Below the pieces are notes generated by a model. It saw nothing but the letters and a program-made list of their open reading frames with translations, was not told the origin of the DNA and searched no databases. The position numbers were made by a program, and so were the translations under genes. This document shows positions 39,043 to 50,990 of a stretch of 64,000 nt of DNA, one piece after another (positions within the stretch are counted from its first letter, which is position 1; the number at the start of each line of letters is the position of its first letter). The DNA comes from Centroscyllium fabricii (lineage: Eukaryota), in contig JBNRSN020000010.1 in the NCBI GenBank assembly GCA_051313645.2, forward strand, positions 9,114,001 through 9,178,000. The letters are read 5' to 3'.

Positions 39043-42000
39043 TGATGCACTATCAATAACTCCAAAAGACTAGAAGTGGTACGAGTAAGAAATCAGCCTT
39101 TATTGACTAAAGAAGACGAGCATGTCTCCAGCTGTAGACCGATCCTGAAAGCCCGTGGGAGGGGAGCTCAGTTATCTTTATACCTGTGATTAGGTGTGGA
39201 GCCAGGGGCGGAGCAAGCAGAGACATGCCCAGACAAGTTATGTACAAAAAGAACAGTGTTTTACCACATTCACCCCTTGCTTAAAATGAGTCCGGCGGGG
39301 TGAAGTGTCTCAGAAGTTCGTGTAATTAAGTCTCTCCGGGGTTCTTGTTAGCCTAAGTGACCGTCGAGGTGCCAACTGTGGTGGTTCATCTCTCGCGGCC
39401 GTTTACCGCTTGGGCCGGAGCACTGGTGTGTCGTCTTCCTGGATGCTGATTTGGTTGGCATATGAGGGTGGGTCACGGCGCCCCGGCGTGCCATGAAATG
39501 GGGTCAGTTATGGATTCCCTGCTACAGGTGTGTCGTGGGTAACGGTAGAGGGCAAGGGTGGTGGAGAGTGGGCTATGGTGGTTTCAGCGGCCCCCAAGGT
39601 TGCGAGGTCTTGTATGAAGACTGTGTCCTCCCGCCCATCGCGATACGCCACGTATGCATATTGTGGTTTGGCGTGGAGGAGGTGGACACTTTCTGCTAGG
39701 GGGTCTGTTTTATGGCTCCTCGTGTGCTTCTGGATTAGGACGTGACCTGGAGACATCAGCCATGGCGGTAGCGGTGTCCGCGATGTGGAACTCCTAGGGA
39801 AGGTGAACATTTTCTCGTGAGGGATGGCATTTGTGGTGGTGCAGATCAGTGACCGTATGGAGTCGGGCGTGTCAGGGTCGTAGCTACCTCTATTTCGAGC
39901 CGGTACTGGCGCAGCTCGTCACTCATAAACGATGTATCTGGTCGTTATGTATGTATCTGGGGTAACCGAATATTGCGAATAGATCATTTAGACATTTGAT
40001 GACCATAGGGCTGGTCATGTCCGAGCAGGGGATGGCGAACGGGAAATGGGAGTACTCATCAATGATGTTGAGGATGTACGTCTTGCGGTCAGAGGAGGGG
40101 AGGGGCCCTTTAAAATCAACGCTCAGGCGCTCAAAGGGGCGAGTGGCTTTTATCAGGTGCGCCCTGTCTGGCCTATATAAATGCGGTTTGCACTCGGCAC
40201 AGACCTGGGAGTTCCTGGTCATGCTCCTGACCTCCTCGATGGAGTAAGGCAGGTTGCGTGCCATAATGAAATGAAAGAACCTGGTGCCCCCGGGTGGCAA
40301 AGATCATTGTGGAGGGCTCGCAGCCTATCGGCCTGTGCGTTTGCACACGTTCCATGGGATAGGACATCTGGGGGCGCATTAAGTTTCCCAGGCCAGTATA
40401 AGATATCGTAATTGTAGGTGGATAATTCGATTCTCCACCTCAATATCTTATCGTTTTTGATTTTGCCCCGCTGCTTGTTTTTGAACATAAATGTTGCTGA
40501 TCATTGGTCAGTGAGCAGGGTGAATCGTTTACCGGCCAGGTAATGCCTCCAATGGTGCACAGTTTCGACTATAGCCTGGGCCTCCTTTTCTACTGAGGAG
40601 TGTCTAATTGCGGGGCCCTGGAGGGTTCGTGAAAAGAAGGCCACGGGTCCCCCCGCCTGAATAAGCGTTGAAGCAGGGCAAAATTGGACACATCGCTCTC
40701 CACCTGGAAAGGGTTGGACTCGTCCACGGCGTGCATTATGGCCTTCGGAATGTCCTCTTTAATGTGGCTGAAGGCTAAGCGGGCTTCTGTCACCAGGCGG
40801 AAGGAGGTGTAATTGACAAGGGGCCGGGCCTTGTCCGCATAATTGGGCAGCCACTGGGCGTAGTAAGAGAAGAACCCCTGACATCTCTTCAGGGCCTTGA
40901 GGCAGTGAGTCAGAGGTAGTTCCAGGAGGGGGTGCATCCGGTCGGAGTTGGGGCCGACGACTCCGTTTTCCACAACACAGCCAAGGATAGCGAGGTGGTT
41001 GATGTGAATCATACATTTTCCCTTGTTATAGGTCAAAACTAAGCGCTGGACTGTGCGGAGGAATTTTTCGAGGTTGGCGTCATGTTCCTGCAGGTCATGG
41101 CTGCAGATTGTAACGCTGTCCAGGTAGGGAAAAGTGGCCTGCAGCGCGTTTTGTTCGACCATCCGATCCATCTCCCTTTGGTGACGCTGAAGGGAAACCT
41201 AAGGAAGTCGTAGAGTTGGCCGTTTACTTCGAAGGCAGTATAATGGCGGTCCGCAGGCCTGATAGGGTGTTGGTGATATGCCGACTTAAGGTCAATGGTA
41301 GAGAGTACTGGTACTGCACAATCTGTTTGACCATATCAGATATGCGGGGAGTGGGTATGCATATAACTGGGAATATCTATTGCTCGTTTGACGATAGTCA
41401 ATGACCAGGCGCTGTTTCTCGCAGGTCTTCACAACCACTACTTGGGCTCGCCATGGGCTGGTGCTACCCTCGATGATCCCTTCCCACAGGAGCCTCTCTA
41501 CTTCTGATTTTATGAAGACAGTGTCCCCGGCACTGTACCGCCTGGTTTTGGTGGCGATAGCTTTGTAATTGTGGGCGAGGTTAGCGAACAACGGGGGTGA
41601 GGCTGACTTTCAGTGTGGATTGGCTGCATATTGTGCATGGCGGGTGTTTTAATTTTTCTGGCTGCAGACTGTAAGTGCAGCAGCTGTGGAAGAACAAGGA
41701 GCTTGAAGCCTTGTACAACGTGCCCTTCACAGTCAGGCTCACTACACAGTAGCCGCCAACGCCCGCTGTATGGGACTTGGAGGCCATATAGATCCGATGC
41801 CGTGCCGGCAGGACTGAAAGGGAATAGCACCACACTATGCTCCCGCAGTCAAACAGGCAGTTCGTAGCACGGCCGTTTATCCTGATGTCCAACATGGACC
41901 TGGCAAGCTGGTGAGGCTTGGATTGGTCCAGGGTGAAGGAGGCCAGCGTTCGATTTGGTGGGACACTGTCATACTCAGTTGAGGCAATGGGGGAGTCGAG

Positions 42001-43138
42001 GGCTTGATCCCAAAATTGCGGCCGGCACGGCTCACATGCGACTTGTGACATCCACGTTGGCTGCCACCACGGCCCACAGGCGGTGATGCTGGAATAGGAG
42101 GTCGGTTTGGCCTTGCACAGCTTAGCATAGTTCCCCTTCTTACCGCAACCAGAGCAGATCGCATCCTTTGCCGGGCAGCATTGTCTGGGGTGCTTGGCCT
42201 GGCTACAGAAGTAGCACTTTGGGCCTCAGGATATCGCGGCTGTAGTCAGGCTGCTGTTGGGTCGTGCCGGTGGCGGCGTGGTGCAGGCTTGTGTCCCTCC
42301 AAAGTCCCAAGATGGTGGCACCCACAACATCCACGATGTGGCCGCATGGTCAGGGGAGTAGGCATCCATGTTTCGGTGAGCCACATCCAGCGAGTTAGCC
42401 AGTGTCACAGCCTTGGGCAGGTCGAGCCCACCCTGTTCTAACAGTACCTGCCGGGTGCAGCTGGACCTGATGCCAGTGACATAGGCATCCCGGATTAAGA
42501 CCTCCATATATTCTGTGGCCATCACCACTTTTCACTTGCAGGCACGACTGAGGACTTTCAATGCCCGTAGGTATTTGTCACCTGATTCCGCTGGTCGCTG
42601 TTTACGGGTAGCCAGGAGGTGTCTGGCATAGACCTCGTTCACCGGTTCAGTACATTGATGTTTAAGGAGACTGATAGCATCCATATAGGATGTCGCATCG
42701 CAGATCATCGAATATACTTGCTGGCTCACCAGGGAGTTCAGTAACAGCAGCTTGTCGGCTTTGAACATGACGGTAGCGGTGGAGGCCTGCAGGAATGCTT
42801 CAAATCAGCACAGCCAGTGCTCGTAGTTTTTGGAAGCATCCGATGGTTGAGGATCCTACTCCACGTGTTCTGGTTTTACGATTTGCTCCATCATAAAATT
42901 TAATCAATAAAATTGATGCGCTATCAATAACTCCAAAAGACTAGAAGTTAGACGAGTAACAAATCGGCTTTTCTTGACAAAAGAAGACGAGCATGTCTCT
43001 CACTGTAGACCAATCCTGAAAGCCCGGGGAAGGGGAGCTCAGTCACTTTATACCTGGGCTTAGGCGTGGAGCCAGGGGCGGAGCCAGCAGAGACATGCCC
43101 AGACTAGTTATTTACAAACAGAACAGTGGTTTCCCACA
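39043..43138 (-). mobile_element. Gypsy LTR retrotransposon (two gag zinc knuckles, possibly Mag-related), decayed
   Basis: LTRs 39043-39268 and 42914-43138; perfect TSD GGAAC (39038-39042, 43139-43143); PPT AAGGGGTGAA; protease CLFDCGS, RT SPWRAQVVVV and FPYLDSVT, RNaseH QVESDVS, integrase HNDLCHPG and SVDFKGPLP. Confidence 0.93.
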
Positions 43139-45105
43139 GGAACCAACTCGGGATCAGGCCATCTTAGACTTCGTATTATGCAATGAGAAAGGATTAATTA
43201 GCAATCTTGTTGTACGAGGCCCCTTGGGTCAGAGTGATCATAATATGATCGAATTCTCACTTAAGATGGAGAGTGAGGAAATTGAGTCAAAGACTAAGGT
43301 CCTGAATTTAATTAAAGTGAACTATGATGTTATGAGACGCGACTTGGGTAGGATTGATTGGGTGGTGTCGCTCGAGGGGTTGATGGTGGATGGACAATGG
43401 CAAACATTCAAAGATCGAATGGAAGAATTACAGAATTTGTTTATACCGTTTTGGCATAAAAAAAACCAAGAAAGGTGACTCAACCGTGGATAACAAGGGA
43501 AATTCGAGATAACATAAAATCCAAAGAGAGGGCATATAATTTGGCCAACAAAAGCAACAGACCTGATGATTGGGAACAGTTTACGATACAGCAAAGGGAT
43601 TCATTAAGAGGGGGAAAAAGATAATTAAAGTAAGTTTGCAGCGGACATAACAACTGACTGCAAATGCTTTTAAAGCTATATTAAGAGGAAAAGATTGGTG
43701 CAATCAAGCGTCCGAAGCAGAGGAATATATAATGGGGAACAACGAAATGGCAGACCACGTAAATACATATTTTGGTTCTGTTTTCACAAAGGAGTAAACA
43801 AATAACCTCCCAGAGATGTCGTGATACATATGGACTAATGAGAGGGAGGAACTGATATAAATCAGTATTTGTAGAGATATGGTGTTGGGGAAGTTGAAGA
43901 GATTGAAGGCCGACAAATCCCTAGGGCCTGATAATCTACATCCTAGGGTACTTAAGAAAGTGGCCCTGCAGATAGCAGATGCATTGCTGATCAACTTCCA
44001 GAACTCCATAGACTATTGCACAGTACCCGTGGATTGGAGGGTAGCTAATGTTGCCCCACTATTCAAAAAATGGGGTAGAGAAAAAGCGGGCAATTGTAGA
44101 CCAGTGAGCGTGACTATGGTAGAGGGGAAAGTGCTAGAGTCTATTATTAAAGATATACTAGCAGTAAACTTGAAAAACAGTGACAGGATCGGACAGAGTC
44201 AACATGGATTTACAAAAGGTAAATCGTGCGTGACTGATCTACTGGAAGTTTTTGAGGATGTAACTGGTAAAACAGATAGGGGAAAACCAGTGGACGTGGT
44301 GTATTTGGACTTTCAGAAATCTTTAGATGAGGTCCCTCATAAAAGATTAGCGTGCATAATTAAGCCTCATTGGATTGGGGGCAAGGTATTGACTTGGATA
44401 GAGAACTGGTTGGCAGATGGAAAACAGCGAGTTGTAATAAATGGGTCGTTTTCCGAGTGGCAGGCAGTGATTAGTGGGGTACAGCAAGGATCATTCCTAG
44501 GTCCCCAGCTGTTCACAATATATATTAATGGTCTGGACTAGTGAATTGGATGTAATATCTACAAATTTGCAGACGACACAAAGCTGGGTGGGGGGGGGGG
44601 GGGTATGCTGTGAGGACGATGTCGAGAAACTCCAATGCGATTTGTACAGGTTGGGGAATTGGGCATATACATGGCAAATGCACTATAATGTGGATACATG
44701 TGCGGTTATCCACTTTAGAGGCAAAAAGAGGAGGGAATATTATTATTTGAATGGCAATAGATTGGGAGATGGCGAAGTGCAATGAGACCTGATTATTCGT
44801 GTGCACCAGTCACTGAACGTAAGCATGCAGGTGCAACAGCTGGTTAACAAGGCAAATGGTATGTTGGCCTTCGTAGCAAGAGGGTTCGCATATAAGAACA
44901 AGGATCTCTTGCTGCAGCTCTACAAGACCTTGGTGAGACCACACCTCGAGTATTGTGTGCTGTTTTGGTCGCCTCATCTGAGGAAGGAAGTTCTTGCTAT
45001 TGAAGGAGTGCAGTGAAGATTCACCAGGCTGATCCCTGGGATGACAGGAATGCCGGATGGGGAGAGATTGAGTCAATTGGGCTTATACTCACTGGAGTTC
45101 ACTAA

Positions 45106-45420
45106 TGGCCCGATGGCATAGTGGTTAGCACTGTTGCCTCACAGCGCCAGGGGCGCGGGTTGAAATCTGGCCTCGGGTGACTATCTGTGTGGAGCTTGCA
45201 CATTCTCCCTGTGCCTGCGAGGGTTTTCTCCAGGTGCTCCGGTTTCTTCCCACAGTCCAAAGACTTGCGGGTTATGTTGATTGGCCATGATAAATTGACC
45301 CTTAATGTTAGGGCGATTAAATATGTGGGGTTACAGGGATACCGTAGGATATGTGTCGGTGCAGTCTCGATGGGCGGAAATGGCCTTTATCTGCACTATA
45401 GGGATTCTATGATTTTATGA
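45106..45420 (+). mobile_element. V-SINE, short-tail form
   Basis: Head and V-domain, then GTCGGTGCAGTCTCGATGGGCGGAAATGGCC...GATTCTATGATT. Confidence 0.85.
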
Positions 45421-45814
45421 TTGAGAGTGGATATCATCGAAACCTATAAAATTCTTTCAGGCCTGGACAGACTCGATGCAGGAAGGATGTTTCCGAAAAA
45501 AGGGCAGTCCAGAACCAGGGGCCATAGGCTAAGGATAAGGGGAAAACCATTTAGGTCTGAGATGAGGGGCAATTTGTTCAACCAGAGACTGGTGAATCCA
45601 TGGAATTCTCTGCCACAGAGGGCGGTGGAGGTCGATTCATTAAATATATTCAAGAAGGAGTTGGATATATTTCTTCAGGCTGAAGGCATCAAAGGATATG
45701 GGGAGAAGGCAGGGAAAGGATACTGAATCTGAAAGATCAGTCATGGTCTGATTGAATGGCGGAGCAGGCTCAAAGGGCCGAATGGACAGTCCTGCTCCTA
45801 TCTTCTATGTTTCT

Positions 45815-46295
45815 ATGACCAAGTTCGTTTTGTACGAGTGGTCCCTGTACATTTACACGAGAGTTGGCGAAGCTCCTCTTGTACTATTGGTACCCCATTC
45901 ACTTACACAAGTTGTGACCAAGCTCCTCGTGTACGATTGTTCCCCCTACAGTTACACAAGTGGTGTCCATGCTACATTTAACTAGTGGTGGCCAAACTGC
46001 TCTTGTACGAGAGGTCCCCCCTACTCTTACACTAGAGGTGACCAAGCGTCTCCTGTACTACTGCTACCTCTTCTCTTACACTAGATTTCACCCAGCTCCT
46101 CTGGTACCAGTGGTACCCGATATTATCACGTGAGGTGCCCGTTGTCCTCCTGTATAGTGGGACCGTTCACTTACACTATTAATATTCATCTCCTCCTGTA
46201 TTAATGCACAGATTCACTTAAACTACAGGTGATAATGGTCCAGCGGCACTAGTGGTAACCCTAAACCTACATTAGAGTTGACCAAGCTGTCCCAG
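45815..46295 (+). repeat. 49-bp variant tandem repeat, part 2
   Basis: Resumes mid-unit (ACCAAG...) where 37650-38984 was cut (...TAGTGGTG). Confidence 0.85.
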
Positions 46296-46299
46296 TACA

Positions 46300-46655
46300 T
46301 GCGGTGTGTGCTGAATGTGTTCTGTGCATATGCTGTGTGTATATGTGCTTTTTGTGTCTGACTTGACAGTGTATGTGAGTGTTTTGTGTGTGTTTTGTGT
46401 GTCTGTGCCTGTGTTGTATGTGTGTGTTTATATGTTGTGTGTGTGTTTTGTGTGTGTATGTCTGTGTTGTATGGGAGTGTGTTTATGTTTTGGCTGTTAG
46501 CTTGTGTATATGCATATACGTGTTTTGCGTGTAATATGTGTGCATATGGCGTGTGTGTTTTTAGATGTGTATCTGTTGGGTGTTAGTGTTGCGTCTGTCT
46601 GTGTTGTGTTTGTGTTTGGGTGCATGTATGTGTTTTTTGTGTTTGTATGATTGTG
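46300..46655 (+). repeat. Degenerate (TG)n-rich low-complexity tract
   Basis: Imperfect TG/GT repeats directly upstream of the 46675 acceptor. Confidence 0.85.
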
Positions 46656-47007
46656 CCTGTCAATATTTACACAGAAAATCTTCCTCAAGATATTTATACT
46701 GGCACTTCACAGGGCAAGCAGAGGACGTGTTATCCCTTTTTAAAAATATGTGCCGCAATCTCCAGCCATACAGAGACAATTCTTTTCATAGGGCAGGATA
46801 TACAAATATTGAAATTGGCGGAGGCATCTGTGTTGATTCCGCCCCAGCATGATTACCACTCATTCAGCGTGACACTGAAATTATGAAAGAGAATCATCAG
46901 GGAAAGGTAAGAGTTTAAATTATTCTATAATATCAGACAAAGTTGCACCAGATCCTGGCGAAATCTATTCCCCTCTACTTCATATTTGTGTGGTGCTTGC
47001 GACAGTC

Positions 47008-47270
47008 ATAAAAACGTAAGAAATAGGAGCAGGAGTAGGCCATTCGGCACTTCGAGCCTGCTCTATCATTCAATAAAATTATGGGTGATCTTGAATCTCA
47101 ACTCTGTCTGCCCGCTGTTGATTCTCGAAATTCTAACAATCTCTCGTCTTCAATATACTAAACAAGTCGGCATCAACAGCCCTCTGGGGTATATAATTCC
47201 AAAGCTTCACACCCCTTTGACTGAAGAAATTTCTCGTCATCTCAGTCCTAAATGGCCGCCCCTTATTCTT
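47008..47270 (-). mobile_element. CR1 3' tail fragment
   Basis: AGAAATAGGAGCAGGAGTAGGCCATTCGG is the reverse of the CR1 tail. Confidence 0.75.
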
Positions 47271-47419
47271 AGTGCTGCAAGAACTTTAGTGGAACAGCTA
47301 GGAGCGATCATTTCTTGCCTCTGTATCCCATCGGGGGCAATCGCATGTCAACATGGCTCTAAATGGAGTGCAACGTCTCATCCAGAAACAATGATCTCTC
47401 TTTTTCTATCTTTACACTG

Positions 47420-47555
47420 ATGTGGACATGCTGGTGTTGAACTGGTGTGGGCAAAGGCAAGAAGTCACACAACACCAGGTTATAGTCCAACAGCTTTATT
47501 TGAAATCACTTACAGCTGTTGGACTATAACCTGGTGTTGCGTGACTCCTTACATT
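47420..47555. mobile_element. Very small palindromic Penelope pseudo-LTR derivative
   Basis: AGTCACACAACACCAGGTTATAGTCCAACAGCT and AGCTGTTGGACTATAACCTGGTGTTGCGTGACT inverted arms; flanks TATCTTTACACTG and TATCATTCCACTG (11/13). Confidence 0.75.
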
Positions 47556-48858
47556 TATCATTCCACTGGCGCAGCCCATTTTTGTCATCGAGCACCTGGG
47601 TGGGTCAGTTTCATCGGTTAATCACCGATAATCTCATAAAAACTAATAATGTGCTTTATTGTATGCAACGGGTACAAGTTTGCAACCACTTAGCAGCATG
47701 ACGCATGTAGTACAGGTTTTATGGCAAAATTGCTGATTGCAGTTGCAGAAGGGAGAAATAAAGTGGATAATGCTGATGACTCTGGCCTTTGAAAGCAACG
47801 CCCATATGGCGATGGTGACAATCTTCAAATGTTGTCTGGCTCCAGGTTTTGAGAGGAACAGGTTTCAATTACAAGAAACGCATCTAGGCTGTTCTTATAT
47901 CTCATTTATTGGCCGTGCCACTGCTTGATTTCCTACCCTGCTCCTATAATCGCTTTATAATATGCTGATAAAACTATATTGACTCTATTGCACAATTGGA
48001 TGCAAACATCATGTAATTATGTGCTGCCCTTTGTTGAGAATTTACCCCAGTGAAACCAAGATTAGATTATTATTATCAATGTACACTTTGATCAGTATTT
48101 GAAACCTGCACTGCAAGCATATGTCAATCCGCCACTCCCTCAATATGTGCAGTAAACCATGACCTTCCTTCTCTCTACATTGCTGACATAGTATAATATC
48201 CAATTTAACCAACGTTGCTTTCTGAATCTGTATGGCAGAAACAAATGGACACCGAGCCATATATTAAATCGACAGAAAATAAACATTCGGTATGGTAAGG
48301 CACACCTGAGCAGAGCAAATTGCATTAGGTCAGTTGGTTGTTCCAGAACCTGCTACTCCGTCTATTTCTTCCCATTCATTTCGATCTAATGAGGCTGATT
48401 TCATTATTTAACGATAGTGTAAAATGGACACTATATAATGGGCCTCCCAGGACACAACTCTCCCGATTTTCCTTGTCGGCAAATAAAATTGGTCGAGGTG
48501 TATGACCGACATCCAATTGTCAGATATCGCCCGTTTACCACTATCGCCAAATGTTAAAATTAAACTGTAAAATTTACTGGGCGTATAAAGATAGTCCCGT
48601 TCAACCAAACAGTACGGAATTTAAACTGGTACCTTTGCTTTGCGTGAGAACACATAGGTCTACTCTAGTCAGAATCGCCTCCATGAAGGAACTCTATACT
48701 TACCGCCTCACCCAAGCTTAATCAATCCTGGCAGGCCAACTCTGAGAGGACATCTCCAGCACATCTTGATTTTCTCCATAAATTTGGAAAATTTGTTTGG
48801 ATTTAAGTAGTCACTCTCTATCTGCTGTTCATATTATGTCCTTTGTGATCCCAATATT

Positions 48859-49233
48859 GGCCCAAAAAATGCGTTCCCTACCAGTGTGTACGCCCTGTGC
48901 ACTCACACCTTGGCCAACGGAAGAGCCGGTTTTGCCAATGCACTGCGCATGCATTGGAAACCGGATCTGCCGGTCTATAAAGAAAGGGTTTTGCAGGTCA
49001 ATCGCCTGCGCTGGATAGGCAGCGCTTACGGATGGAACTTCTGCATTTTTCAGCGGTTGCTTCAGACCAGGTAAATCTTAAATAGATACGCCTGGAACAG
49101 TGGTGATGGGGATTATCTGTCAACAGAAATATTTAAGAGCATGGGCAGTGCATGCCTGAACCCCCCACTTGTGCGGTCCCTACGGGCGCATGCGCACTTC
49201 ATACGCACCCGTAGGGGACGCAAATTACGGCCC
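48859..49233. mobile_element. MITE with GGCCC-type TIRs
   Basis: GGCCCAAAAAATGCGTTCCCTAC and GTAGGGGACGCAAATTACGGCCC inverted ends; subterminal GCGCATGC motifs. Confidence 0.7.
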
Positions 49234-50202
49234 ATGATTTCCACAACCAACTCCTGGTATATTAAATTTCCTACAACTATAGCTTGTCCCTTCCTATTTG
49301 TCTTCCTTATTTCATCCACTGCTTCAGATTAAAACTTTCACCCTCACCTTGTCATCAATACCGCACCCTCAGCAATAGCTGCCTTTGTACTTATCTATTA
49401 ATTCTACTTAAAGTGATTTGCGACCGCCCTTTCATTTATATTATTTTTTGCCACATGTCGCTCAACAGATAAACTCTCACATCACCCACTTTTCTCCTGA
49501 TATTGTCTCTTCTAAACAATATGCAGTGTTCAAGATATGAGATCGATTGATTGAATCGTTCCATCGTGGCTGCGTGAAGCTACTCATGTCCAATCTATCA
49601 GTCCCCACAAATACATTCCAGGTCACATACCTTATTTGTCAGACATTTCGCATGAAGTCAAGTAAAGCTCCATTGTTTATTAATCTCACCTTTATGTTAG
49701 TAACATTCAACATTGCTTTTCTCCCAACATTGGGTTCAGATTTAATAAAAGTTAATTTATGTTTTCACTGGCACACCTCAACATTTGCTCCGTTCGGTAT
49801 GGGAATTTAGCTCCAACACCCACCACCAGAGCATCTCGTTTAAACATTGCCCCTCCATTCTATCTGTGCTACCTGCCAACACCTCTCTCCCATTTGAACC
49901 GTGTCCCATTGTTTAAAGAAATACAATCCCGATTCTGTTTGCCTAAGCTTTTACCATGAGTTGATCTGCTGAATTACACATGATTAATCGTCCTTCCCAT
50001 CGCTCTCAATTTAGTACGATGGAGCCCAATCAATACGGGAATCTAATACGGATTGCAAAAATATGAAACGTGTGAGGTTTTTGAAATATTTATTAAAACA
50101 TGTCCAGCCCGGTTACATCCAGACATATCTGGTTTACGAATATTATTGCTGAATATCTGAATCTTAGTTTCAGAACAAGAAGTTTTCCCATGTGGAGACA
50201 TC

Positions 50203-50734
50203 ATGGCTGAGAAAAGGAAAGGTAATTTCTGGCGAAGAATAGGAAGGGTCGATCGCACTCATCAAAATGAAAAGGGCGATGTAAACACAAAACCCGATGA
50301 TGTCAGTGAAGGGCCGCACAACCGACCAGGCGATCAAAAGCATGACACTCCAGGAGGAATGGTTCGAAATGCAATTGCTTTCTTGGGAAAGAACAAGATT
50401 CGTAAAGAAAAGGACGACAAGCAGAATATCCCTGCTGAACCTGACAGGGCCACCGCAACAGCTGGTGACACGGTTAAAAGTCTCAACACGGAAATGGACC
50501 CAAGGGCCCTCACTGTGACCGGGTCTCATAAGAATACATTTACAAAGACCAGTCCTGCCAATAACAATACTGGATTATTCAATCCGAACCAAGAGGGATA
50601 TGCTGTTACAGAATCATCGCTCAGCACGGATGCTTCCAGTGATATCAGCCACACACACAAAGTGAATGAAGATCTACAGCCGGGGCTGCAAGAAAAAGGA
50701 GCCGGCGGAAATGGCAGAAGTGCGCACACATCCG
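50203..50734 (+). CDS. First coding exon of a CARD-containing (probable NLR-family) gene; hydrophilic N-terminal region
   Basis: Acceptor TTAGTTTCAG at 50173; ATG in strong Kozak context (ATCATGG); 177 open codons in unique sequence; donor G|GTGAGA at 50735, phase 1, compatible with 59477/59480. Confidence 0.65.
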
Positions 50735-50990
50735 GTGAGATTACTCCTTGTGTTGAACTGATATATCTGCCAGTGTTTAAAATTTAATCCAGTGAACTTC
50801 AAACCGTGTTTTCAATCTCTTCTCATTCTGTTGAGGCTTCCTACATATCTGAGATTTGTAACGATTTTATTATTACCAATAAGTTAAATTATCCTCTAAA
50901 TGGCACAGAAAGCGTCATAATTCACTCCTGTCCCTCTACCAAATCTTAAACTCAATTCTGGTACAGCAGCAGATGTTATTCTGAGATAAA

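Larger units (their letters stand above)
38985..45817 (+). mobile_element. CR1/HER1-type LINE (ORF2 from mid-endonuclease to tail), split by a Gypsy element and a V-SINE
   Basis: EEFLECIRDGF...QYVEE(P) continues after the LTR as EPTRDQAILD...GQSDHNMI; RT in ORF 43879-44541; tail ends TTCTATGTTTCTATG at 45817. Confidence 0.92.
36506..46906 (+). pseudogene. Candidate BRICHOS-domain (gastrokine-like) gene, apparently disabled; exons about 36506-36628, 36742-36821, 36900-36943, 46675-46906
   Basis: Canonical AG/GT(AAG) sites on the last three exons; spliced reading VVIIKPHNTQH[stop/frameshift]YQTLWNQNQEPQYK-EVNDIEKMKYYYETR-KSSSRYLYWHFTGQAEDVLSLFKNMCRNLQPYRDN...GGGICVDSAPA*, resembling the BRICHOS C-terminal half as recalled from GKN1/GKN2. 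The first exon has a stop and no intact donor. Confidence 0.5.

Noticed and set aside
46315-46660. Cys/Val-rich ORFs here, and the YLSI-repeat ORFs at 62018-62347
   Set aside because: Translations of TG-rich and TCTA microsatellites.
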